36,246 bases of DNA from Ministeria vibrans ATCC 50519. Its lineage: Eukaryota; Protista; Filasterea. The DNA lies in NCBI GenBank assembly GCA_943704425.1, contig CALSCP010001157.1:32307-68552 (forward strand), in the 5' to 3' direction. The position numbers were made by a program, and so were the translations under genes. The notes under the pieces are model-generated. The model worked only from the letters and a program-made list of their open reading frames with translations. It had not been told where the DNA came from and did not search any database. This document shows positions 1 through 15,625 of this stretch, piece after piece. Position 1 is the stretch's first letter. Every line of letters starts with the position of its first letter.

Positions 1-410
1 GCGGGGGTGACGATGGGATATGGTGGGGGAGCGTGGCGAGTGACGCTAAATCACCAAGCAGAAAACGTCTGAAACACGTCCGTTTGCGCTGGTGGACCGC
101 TCCTCTGCTTGCCCTGCGGTGCACCTTCATATGAATTTAGACGGGTGCACGCTGTTGCATCTTTGATTCTACCATTCACTTAGTGTCACTCTCTGTCAGT
201 GTTTTTTTTTTTGAAAAAACGGTTATCATTTCAAATTTATTTTTTCCAATTTCCAACCGTATCGGTCTCCTTCCCATACCTGTGGTTGGCATCTGTTTTA
301 TGTGTAAAAGGAGCTTTGGGGCGAACGGGGTCGTGTAGACCTCTTAAGTTTTCGTAATGTTTGTTTACGCATCTTCGTTTTGTTATATTATATAATAAAT
401 ATTTTTTTAG

Positions 411-2114
411 GTCTTTCCCAATCTGAAGACTCGTCGGTTGGGTACGCGCGGCAATTCCAAGTATCACTACTACGGCATTCGTGTCAAAGCAACATCTAAA
501 ATCCACACGTACGCGGTGGTGGATGCGCCAGACGGTGCGCAGTATGTACAGCACGAAGACGACGGCAGTGTACAAGGTGATGGCATGCTCGAAGAGGCGC
601 CCGACAACGAACTCGACCAGGTAGGAGGAGCCTGTTGATCTATTTTCACCGATTCACCTGATTTCGTATCTTACTGTTATAATTTTTCATTAATTTTTTT
701 TATTTTAGTTGAACCCTGCTGACTATGGAATCAACACAAAGACACGACTGCCTGAGTTTCCTGAGATGCCGACAGCGCTTGCAAGCCGCTGTGCGAACAG
801 TACCGAGACAGAGGCGTTTATGCGAGCGTACCACAACAATGGACAGTTGTTCCTCGAGGCGGTGGTCAACTTCAACTTTCTTGATGTCGCACGGCTGTGG
901 ATGGACTTTTGGCACGCGGGCTATGGGTCGCAGGCTGGGGAGTTGCTGGAGCAGGAGGGTATTGGGGAGTACCTGAGTTGCTGTGACCACGTGGTGTACG
1001 ATGTGGCACTGCTTACGCTCATGCCCGATGTGCTGCGTCCTCTGCCCATGCCACTGACGCAGGCCATTCGGCACTTTGCCAAGACGCTTGAGACGGCGTT
1101 GCGCGACGCGACGGTCAGCCGTTCGGCGCAGCTGGTCGACGCCAAGGTGGTTGCCGTGCAAGAGTTTTGCCAGGCGTTGCGTCGCTACACAAGTCTGAAC
1201 CATCTGGCGCAGGCGGCGCGTGCACTGATGCAAAACGAAGAGCAGATTGACCAGATGGTCAACGACATGACTCGCGTGGACTTCAACAACGTGCGCGAAC
1301 AGGCGCTATGGGTGTGCGGGGGATGCAATGAGGAGCGTGTGCGTGCGTTTGAGTTGGAGTTTCAGACGAACCTTGAGGAGCATAAGGGGCTCGAGGAATG
1401 GGCCGACTGGCTTCAAACGGTTTTGCGGGCGTCAGTGCATGAGGATGGTGTTGATGATGGTGTGAAAGAGGACACTGCTACGGAGGGTGACAGTGGCCCA
1501 GCAGACGCTGTTCATGCGAAGTCGGCCCGGCGTGCGCGTGCCTTCTTGCTTGCTTGGTCCTTTTACAGTTCGCTCATCATTCGCGATTTGACACTGCGCA
1601 GTGCCATTTCGTTTGGCTCGTTTCATTTGCTGCGTTTGCTCTTTGACGAGTACACCTTTTTCTTGGTGGAACAAGAGATAGGAGTGTAAGACTAACAAGA
1701 AAGCGGAGAGAAAGACCAGGGAGAAAGTGAATGTTATATATATATATATATGTGTGTGTGTGCGTGTGTGTGAATGGAAACAAAGTGAGAGAAAGAGAAA
1801 AGTTGACTTTGCGTTTTTCTTTTTGTTGTTGATATAGCGGAGCGCGGAGAAGACGAAAGCTGGTGGATAGAATGCAGCATCGGAGTGAACGGGGCACACG
1901 GTCTGCAAGCAAGCGACGGAGGGGGTCTGTGGAGGACAACTTGGCGGCAGATACAGTGCCTGTCAGCTATGCAACGACAACAACAACAGCGACAACAACA
2001 ACAACAACGGACACGATCAAAGCAGGGACGGAGACGGAGACGGAGCAGCTGGAAGGAGCGACTGTCGTAACACCTCGGTCGGCCAAACGGAGGGCCGTTG
2101 TGTCTCCTAAGTGA
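411..2114 (+). CDS. RFX: RFX winged-helix transcription factor, RFX1/2/3-like; 5' part lies upstream of the window
   Basis: Exons 411-620, 709-1685 and 1838-2114 join in frame via GT-AG introns. [26 protein letters not shown] is the end of the RFX DNA-binding domain. [16 protein letters not shown] and [33 protein letters not shown] match the extended dimerisation domain. Confidence 0.95.
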
Positions 2115-2333
2115 AAAAACAAACGAAAGAAACAGTAATTTTTAAGTAGAATGATAGAATGAGATAGAATGAATCAGTAGCGATTATCAATTTTCATTGA
2201 CAATTCGACTGTTTTTCACTGTTAACATCAGGGATCAGTACATTTTTTGATAATAAAATTGGAAATGTCTTCTTCTTCACTCAATTTTTTCATTTTTGAC
2301 ATTAATTCTTTTTTTTCTTTCCTTTTTTTTGGC

Positions 2334-2668
2334 ATGGTGTCATCTGCAATGTTGTTGGTGCTGCTCGTAGCGACATGCGGCGCGTTGGCGGCGAAGAAGC
2401 CCAACATTGTGCTTTTCTTGACGGACGAGTAAACAAACAAATGCTGTGGATCCCCCCCGCTGCCGTCTGATGCTGGCGTGTAGTCAGGATGTCTATTCCG
2501 GAGGCTGGAATCCCATGACGCAAGCAACCGAGCTGCTGAGCAAGGCTGGGGCGACTGGTGAGAAAGAACACCAAACGTGTTGTCTCAGCCGCTTTTGAAC
2601 TTGTCCCACTCACTCGCGACGCACCCCTCAACCGCGATCGTTTTTGGACGCATGTGTATGTATGTATG

Positions 2669-2703
<35 letters not shown>

Positions 2704-4984
2704 TAGTGTGACTTGGTATTTAAGTCAACAAAAGTCTTTTGGGGTATGTTTATCTTAATTCGTACATTTTTCTTTCCTCTCCTGACAGCAAAGAATTGGG
2801 TAAGTAAGAGAAAGACGGACTGGCGTCTGTAGTAGTTGTGAACAACTCCAATGTGCGCTGATATTTCGCTTTCGTGTCCGTTTTATGAAACAAACACAGC
2901 TCATCCACACTCCAGGTAAGGTGAGACTCTGTCTCACACACCGATTGATTGTGTGTGATTGTGACGGAATCGCTACTATTGCCAGTGTGCTGTCCGAGTC
3001 GCGCTGAGCTGCTGAGTGGACGATACTTTCACAACATCCGCAATTCGGATGCGAGCGGTACGAACGTCGAGACAGACTATGATTGGAATTTTAATGCGCT
3101 GGCTCACAGGCGGTTGCATGCATGTCAACAATTCAATGGAGCTCAATTCAAACACGTTCCTCCGCTTCCTTCATGATGACGGCTACGAGACAGGGTAAAT
3201 AATACAGCAAAGGGTGACATGCCCCAGGTTGTCGCCGAGAGGCTTTTCAATGTTTTGATTTCCAGGGTGTTTGGGAAGTACCTTAATCAGATGCCGGGAT
3301 ACACTCCCGAGGGAGTCGACCGTTTCTTTGCGAACAATGGCGGAAGCTACTACAACTGTGAGTTTGACCAAGAGTCGCCCAAGAAACCCTACCACTGCCA
3401 CACGGACGAATTTGCGGGGTATTCCACAAGTGTGATTGGAAACAAATCGATTGAGTGGATCAAGTCAGCTGCACAGACCGGTAATCCATTTATGGCCTAT
3501 ATTGCTCCAAAGGTGATCGAGAAGAGATATTGTGAAAAGAAAGAAACTGACCTTGTTTTATGTACATAGGCTCCGCATGTGCCGTCTCAACCGGCGCCCT
3601 GGTACCAGGTGCAGCATCAGATGACGTTTCGTTCATTCTTCTTTTTATGTTTTTCACTGTATTCTCTGTGCGTAGAGTAACTTTGCATCGGAGAGTGCAC
3701 CTCGTTTGCCCAACTACAACTATTCAGGAGTGGGTCATCACTGGTTAGTTGCTCAGCAGGTAAGGGGGTGTACCTATTGTGGGTTTATACACAATCTTTG
3801 GACTCAATCTAATCCATGGGGTTCTCAGTCAATCATCACTGATCCGCAAGAGCAAGAGATTGACGAGCTGTTTCGCAACCGCTGGCGAACGCTCCTGAGC
3901 GTCGACGATCTCATTGCGGACGTTGTGGCGGCTATTGATACGCTTGGCGAGCTCGACAACACCTACTTCATCTCTACGTCGGATCATGGGTCAGTGTGTG
4001 TCTCACCTTTGACTTTCTTTTGCTCTCCCCCTGATAGTCCCTCTTTTGTCCTCTAGATACAATTTGGGCAATCTTCGACTACCCATGTGCAAAGTAAGCG
4101 CTTACTAGCTAACTCGCTGTTACTCACTCACACACCCTCTCTCTCTCTCTCTGACACGTCTCTGTCTATTGCACTTAAATTTCTGATTGTATCTCACTGA
4201 CGAATTCACTTTTCCTCAAAGCTGAACGTGTATGACTGGGACATCCGCATTCCCATGGTGATTCGCGGTCCTGGCATTGCGTCCAACAGTGAGTTCCCTT
4301 ACATTGGCTCCAACGTGGACATTGGCCCAACCATTCTGTCGCTTGCGGGCCTCACTACTCCAGCGCGCATGGACGGCCGCTCGATGGCATCGCTGCTAGT
4401 GAATGCCGACGACGTATCCGTCCCCGAGGCCACGCGTGCGCAGCTGCTGCACGAACGCACCGCTGTCTCTGCCGACACCTGGCGCACGCAGCACTTTGTC
4501 GAGTACTACTCCCTCGGCGACGTCGTTCGCATGGAGCACTTGGGTAACCAACAACAGATCTCGACTGCGCTGACACATATACACCCGTACACACACACAC
4601 CTCACTCACTCACACTCTCACTCACTCATTTACGGACACAAACACACTCGTTCTCTCTTTCTCTCTATCTTTTTTTCTCTTCTCTCTGTCTGTTTTTTCT
4701 CTCTTACTCTCTCTCCGTACGCAGTCGACACATCAAACAACACTTATCGTGCACTGCGCTTCCTTGACCCGCAAGTGGGCAACATGCTTTACGCCGAATA
4801 CACAGATCTCAACGACTGGAACTTTGCTCGTCCAATGGAGCAGCTGTTCCACGAGCTGTTCGATCTGGACCAGGACCCATACCAGTTGAAAAATATTTAT
4901 GACAGCGCATCCGACGAGACGAAGAAAAACCTCCACGACAAGGTCACGGCCATCTGGAAGTGCAAAGGCACCGAGTGTCCCTAA
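2334..4984 (+). CDS. Secreted/lysosomal S1 (formylglycine-dependent) sulfatase, N-acetylglucosamine-6-sulfatase-like
   Basis: Signal peptide MVSSAMLLVLLVATCGALA followed by KPNIVLFLTDDQD. Catalytic motif CCPSRAELLSGRY near 2988-3026. Also RNRWRTLLSVDD, LDNTYFISTSDHG and ELFDLDQDPYQLKNIY. Multi-exon gene. Confidence 0.92.
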
Positions 4985-5075
4985 TGCAATCTGAATTTGT
5001 TCTTAATTTTGGGTCTTAATTGTTCGACACATCGTAAGAGGTTCGCAAGAGGGGCTTGTATTACAATGAAGGTGG

Positions 5076-6955
<1,880 letters not shown>

Positions 6956-7379
6956 GGTGCTAGTACAGTTAAGGGTGTTTTAAAATAAATAAACTGAAAC
7001 TGAAACTGAAAAAAAAATATAAAAATATTGTTGTTATTATTATTATTATTATTATTGCATGTCACAATTGCACTGTTATAAATTAAGGAAGAATAATAGT
7101 AATAATATTTAAATTAGGCAACTGACCTCGGAGCGACTTAACTGATTTCTGACTGATCTCGCACCCTTTCCGAGAGGTGTTCGCTCTCAGTTTGTTTTAT
7201 TTTATCAATACCAATTGCGATCGCTTTGTGTGCGCTGTTTGGCGTTTGGCGTCAGTCTTGCTGATGACTCTCTCAATGTCACACAGGCTTTGTAATCAAT
7301 GTGTTGAAAATAATAATTACTATTCCTTTTACTATTATGTCTCACTTTCTATTGCGATTTTATTAGAGCAGCGTTCGCA

Positions 7380-7606
7380 TTAAGCTGAAGCGAGAGTGTG
7401 CTTCGCAATCATGGTGTCGACCACCGGCGCAAATCCCGTCCGTGCTGTTCCGTCCAGAACTGGTCGACCGTGAGATCTAAAGCAAAAACAAAACGATAAT
7501 AATAAGAATAAAGTATTAAGAAGAAGAAGAAGACATTTCCAATTTATTGAATACATTTTACTATTACTATTATTATTATTATTATTATTATTAACATTAT
7601 TATTAA

Positions 7607-7639
<33 letters not shown>

Positions 7640-8688
7640 TTTTTCTTTTTCTTTTGTGCTTTCGTGCTTACGACACAATCGAGTCCCAGTCAGATCGCTC
7701 GACGATCTTTTTCATTTCAGCCAGAAACTTTGGTTTGTCCGAGACATTCCCATCGAACCAGACTGGACCAATCTGAAGGAAGAAGCAACACACAACGAAT
7801 CACACACGATCAAAACGGACAATCGGATTTTCATACGTAAGTCGGCGTTTGGTTGAATCCTTTGACCCAAATGAAAAAACGCGCAATGGTGGAGACGTCT
7901 TCGGGAAGGAGTACGTTTAGCAGAGAGTCGCAAGTGAGGCACAGTCCATTCCAAAACAGCACTAATTTACAAACAAACGTCAACACATATGTGAAGCGGA
8001 AGGCGTGCTATTATACCGGCCTCTGGGCGATGGACGTGCTCAAACGCGTACATGTCAAGGCCGGGGAGCGGCGGGAGCGAGTCGGCAGTCATGACCGACA
8101 CATCGGTGGTAAAGAGGGGCACATCGGCACCGCGCGGTTTGCTTGCAGACGCACAGGCGCCCGGCAGGACCCAGTACTGCGCCTTGTACGTCTCCACGTA
8201 GAAGCGGTCGTCCATGCCGTGGAAGTGGCCCAGCTTGACGACATGCGCGACCTGTCCCAGCTTGGCCAAGTCCTCTGCAAGCGGACCCACAAGACAACAC
8301 AGTTATGGGTTTCGTTGTGCACTGTGGCTCTCTCTCACAAGCACCCAGACCCTCCTCGCTGAGGCGGACGGCATTGATGAGTGTCAGTTCTCCTTCGTGC
8401 ACCAGCACAAACATGTTGCGTGAGATGCTGATGCCTGGACCCATTCTGGGATGAGGAAGGACAAGTGCGGGATGAGAACGGCGCTACACAACAACCCCCT
8501 CCCTCGCCAGCACGCGCAATGCCGCACGGGGTCCGCCTCCTTCCTACTTGATAACACCCGTCACAAAGTACACATTGGGCTTGACTTGGCGCAATTTGTC
8601 GTGGGCAAAGGCGCGGGGATAGACGCTAAACACAGAAATCATTATGGTATCAATTGGTCGCACGCCACAAAGGGGCCAGTCACCTCAT
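7380..8688 (-). CDS. Uncharacterised metallo-beta-lactamase-fold / DUF4336-like protein, tandem copy 2 (7 coding exons)
   Basis: Spliced: MSVYPRAFAHDKLRQVKPNVYFVTGVI..MGPGISISRNMFVLVHEGELTLINAVRLSEEG..LAKLGQVAHVVKLGHFHGMDDRFY...CDSLLN...IGPVWFDG...WDSIVSSHGRPVLDG...TLASA*. Intron positions match copy 1, including the ATGAG|GT first exon. Confidence 0.78.
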
Positions 8689-8919
8689 AGTCTCAAAGGG
8701 GCCTTTCAACACCTCTCCAAACAAAACAGAACAAACAAAGTGTCAAAAATAATTCAAATTTCAAATTTCAAAGTGTTTGTCTCAATTCTCAATAGAATAA
8801 CGTTAATAATTTACACTGTTAATACAAACAAAAACAAAATTAATAGTAATAATAAAGACCCCCTCGCATGAGATAAGCAGGTACATCGAAAGCGCGTGCA
8901 AGACCGGTCGTAAGAAGGA

Positions 8920-9061
8920 CTATTCATCAATGTTTTCGTCGGAGTGAGTGCGAGCCAGCACAGACGAGCAGGCCGAGGTGCTGAGGCTGGAGCGTCGGGC
9001 ACTAGAGAGCATGGGGGTCACCATGCTGCGACATGATGTCAGGCGCGTCTCAAGAGACTGA

Positions 9062-9150
<89 letters not shown>

Positions 9151-10354
9151 CAGCAAACACACACACACACACATATATATAATAATAATAATAATAATTA
9201 ATATATATATATATCATATGTACACAGGCACACCCAGACACACACACACTCACACACACACATAAAATATCGTACTGAGACGCGAGAGAGAAGGTCGGAA
9301 ACGAGAGACATGGCGGTCTTGTGGCCGGGACTGTGGAGGACGGACGAGTGGGGTGCAGGGGAGGAGGAAGCGGACGAGAGAGCGTGCGAGGACGTGGGCG
9401 TGGACGGGACGGTCGAGGCCTGCATGCGCGATGCCGGTAGTGGCGTGGAGGGCGCTGCGGGTCCGCTGCCAATGTCGCTCTGCCGGCGATTGCTGGGTGG
9501 CGACTTTGCTCGTTGTTTCTGTCGTACAACATTAAGCTCTTGTGTAAGGTCTGCGTCAGGGAAAAAAAGAAAAACAAACAAAAAACATGAAGAGTTTGAG
9601 TAAGACAAAGGGGTAAGGTCCTGTCTTTGTTTTAGGTTACCTCGAATTTCGTCGCGAAGTCGCTGCAACTGAATGCGTCCCTCTTCCACTTCCTGTCGGC
9701 ATGTATCAGTTATTGCACACACACATACACATTCACTTACATACGCACTTATACAAGCAGATAATAGTACACAGACACACACACACTCTCACTAAACACT
9801 CACTCACTCACTCACTCGCGCATACCTCTAAGTCGGCTTCATACATGGCGTTCTTTTCGGACGTCTGGGCAAGCTGAGCCTCGAGGTTCGCGACGGTCCC
9901 TTCGCTGACGCGGCAGGTGCGTTCGAGGTCGTCGTTGTGCTGCTCCAGAGTGCGCACTCGCCCTTTCAACTCCTCCGTCTCCTTTTCGCGCTTCTGCAAC
10001 GCATCCGTCACCGTCACTAGCTCTTGCTCCGAACGACGAAGCTTGGTCTGGCGGCGGGGAACGCGCGCGAAGAAACGAGACGATCAGGAAAAATCGCGTT
10101 TTCACTGCATTTCCCTTTGGGCCTCACCTTGAGCGATTCCGCTTCTCGTTGGGCCGTCTCCGCTGCCATGAGCGCCGCGCGGTGCTTCTCCTCGGCCACG
10201 TCGAGCTGCTGCTCGAGCTCCCTCTCGAGTTCGCCGCTCTCCGTCTACGGCACAGCGCATCAGTCTCGCCCACCGCCCCACGCCGACTCCTCACCTGAAA
10301 CTCATCAAACTCCGCCCGAAGCGCCTCATACTGCTCTTTCAACTCCTCAGCCAT
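8920..10354 (-). CDS. NDE1: NudE / NDE1-NDEL1 dynein regulator
   Basis: MAEELKEQYEALRAEFDEFQ..SGELERELEQQL, RVRTLEQHNDDLERTCR, QRLRDEIRDLTQEL and C-terminal AMSLVSDLLSRVSSLETRLTSCR match the NudE coiled coil and NUDE_C. Confidence 0.9.
9064..9147. repeat. (GA)n microsatellite in an NDE1 intron
   Basis: Perfect dinucleotide run. Confidence 0.95.
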
Positions 10355-10611
10355 ACGGAGAAGCAGAAAAAAACAAACGTAGAAGACAAAATGACTAGTG
10401 ACTCAGTAAAATACGATTATGTGACTGTTCAACAGCAGTATAAATAATAAAAATAATATAAATAATATTAGTATTATATGAGTGATCTGAAAGAAAACAT
10501 GTTCCTGTTACAAGTGAGTCAACACCACTTTTTGAAAGAACCCATGCGATGATCCTTATTAAAATAATTATGAAACCAACAAGACGTTGTTATTTTAGTA
10601 AAAAGTACATA

Positions 10612-13045
<2,434 letters not shown>

Positions 13046-13141
13046 TACGTGTAATCAAGAAATGATCAAGAAAGAATGATTCGATTTCGATCGTCATTCG
13101 TCGGTAGTTCGAATTATTAGTCTTATTCTATTCACTTCACG

Positions 13142-13415
13142 ATGGGAAAGAAGAGAACGCGACAAAGCGTCCTGGACGAAGTGGACGAAGGCGAAGACGT
13201 CCTGGCGGAAGTGCGGCCGTCGGCCAAGAAGAAGACGAAGAGCGAGGGAGAGAGCACTGAGACTCAGGCGGGTGTCTCCACGCGATGGGTGAACAAGCAG
13301 AAGACGCTTGTCCTTGCTGCACGCGGCGTCACTGGAAGGTACCCTTCAGCCTGCCTGCACCCAACATGCGTCGCATTGCTGCCCCAACACCCTCCCATTG
13401 TGCTTATTTCCCTCT

Positions 13416-13447
<32 letters not shown>

Positions 13448-14323
13448 GCAGATGCCGACATTTCATGGAAGATCTGCGTGTGCTGTTGCCACACTCGAAG
13501 AAGGACGTCAAGCTGGACGCGCGAGACACCGTGCGGTCTGCGACGGAGGTGGCCGAGCTGCGTGGCTGCAACTCGTGCATTTTGTTTGAAGGGCGCAAGA
13601 AGCTCGACTCGTTCGTGTGGCTGTCCATGACGCCCCACGGGCCCTCGGCCAAGTTTCTCATGCAGAATGTGCACACCATGGATGAAATGCGCATGACTGG
13701 AAACTGTCTGAAGGGAAGCAGACCCATTTTGTCCTTTGACGATGTAAGAGAGAAAGACAACGCACTGCGCACTCAGGAACAACCCCTCACTCGTCTTCTT
13801 CTTGCCCATTTGCAAGGAGTTTGACACCGCCCCGCACTGGCAGCTGCTCAAAGAGATGTTCACGCAAGTGTTTGGCACGCCCCGCGGCCACCCGCGCTCC
13901 AAGCCCTTCTTCGACCGTGTCATGTCGTTTGCCATTGTCGACGGTCGTGTGTGGGTGCGAAACTATCAGATTCTCGAGGTCGCTGCCGGTCCCAAGGGCC
14001 GCCAGACCGAGACCACTCTCAGCGAGATTGGCCCGCGCTTCACCCTGAATCCTATCCGCATCTTTGACGGAAGGTACAAACAGCCTTGTTTTCTATTTCT
14101 TTTATATTCTGATTTTTTCATTTTTCTGTGAAGTTTTGGAGGACCCACTATCTTCTCCAACGCCGACTACATCTCGCCAAACACGCTGCGGGCGACAGCT
14201 AAGCGTGAGCAGGCCGGCAACAAGTACAAGAAGCGCCAGGAGAGCAAGGACGCACACCGTCTGCGCATGGCCCGTCCCGATGCTCAGTTCTTCGAGTCTC
14301 CCTTGGACACTCTCTTTGAGTGA
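13142..14323 (+). CDS. BRIX1: Ribosome biogenesis protein BRX1 (Brix domain)
   Basis: WVNKQKTLVLAARG, RHFMEDLRVLLPHSKKDVKLD, GPSAKFLMQNVHTMDEMRMTGNCLKGSRPILSFD, HPRSKPFFDRV and LSEIGPRFTLNPIRIFDGSFGGPT. Four exons. Confidence 0.96.
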
Positions 14324-14516
14324 TCTTTCTCTCTCTCTGCCACACACATTCTCCTTTTTAATCTCTATTGTACATTTTTTCTTAATTCAATATCACGAAC
14401 CAATAATGACTTATGAGTAGTGTGGCACTGTTGTTGACTACTTTTAAATTTTTTTATATTATTTCTTTCTTGATTCTTCATTCTTGTTTGTTTCTCCTTC
14501 TTTCCGACTTCCCCGA

Positions 14517-15462
14517 ATGATCTTGTCCGTCATCGCCGCGCTCGTCATCCTCGCTGTGTTGGGTCTGTCGGCCTACACTCCGGCGTCTGCTGCCGACAAC
14601 GAGTCGCCGTCAACCCCATCCTCCCCTCAAACATGGTCAAGTCCCTCGATGCGCCGTGCCGCAAAGCGATGGGGTGAAACAGCCCCTTCTCCCAGGTATG
14701 CCCTCCAAATGTGTCATGCGCTTGATCGACTCATCTCTCATTCAAATTCAAATTTGACTTGTTTCCAGACGACCTGCCTCCAAAGCAGATCCCGACAATC
14801 CTCGCTCTCTTTCGGGCTTCCGCCGTCTCATTGCAGCACTTCGAAGGAGGATACACTCGCTCGAGACGGCCGCCATGGAGCCGTCCCAAGAGCAAGGTGA
14901 AATTCAAAACTCGTCGCATCCCATCCCACTTGTGTCGCTCTCCCCCGCTTGTCGTGGGGCGCTCCAGTACCGCACCGAGACGCTCCAGCCCAACACATCG
15001 CCATGGCGCGATGGCTGGCTCGTCGTCTACCCGCGTGACCCAAGCCTGGCGGTGTTCTCGGATCATTCCGAATGCGACGCCAACTTGATTCGTCGCGTCG
15101 ACCTCAATCACATTCAAGTCGACATGGTCGCGACGGAAATTCACCTGCGGCACCCGCATGATGATCATTGCAACATTGACAATACCGACCAAGAGAACGC
15201 GGGCGCCCACGAGAACATTCCGTCAGACGAGAGTGGCGCCAAAACATCTCTGCCGCTCTTGCGTTTACGCGCAAAATCTCTTGTTGACGCCCAAAAATGG
15301 TGCTGCGCCATTTCAAATGCGTCACACGTTCCACACTCAACAGAAGACACCAAGTCAAAGTTTGCCTCGCTTCGACGACACATCAAGTCGGTTCATGAGA
15401 CAGTTCTCGCCACATTCACTGGCGTCACCGAATTGCAATTGGCTGCCATTGAGTCGCAGTAA
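14517..15462 (+). CDS. Orphan protein with N-terminal signal peptide/anchor and a putative PH-like domain
   Basis: MILSVIAALVILAVLGLSAY hydrophobic start; two plausible GT-AG introns (about 14696-14769 and 14898-14967). PWRDGWLVVY...LAVFSD and LRLRAKSLVDAQKWCCAISNA resemble PH strands and the Trp-containing C-terminal helix. Confidence 0.55.
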
Positions 15463-15576
15463 ACGCGTCTTGTACAATATATATAAACTTGCCCGACCAA
15501 CCGTAAAGTAAATCCACTCAAAAAAAAAAAAGAAAAAAAGGAGGGGCCTGTTCCATCATAATAATGCTTTATATTC

Positions 15577-15607
<31 letters not shown>

Positions 15608-15625
15608 TATAATTCAACATGAGCG

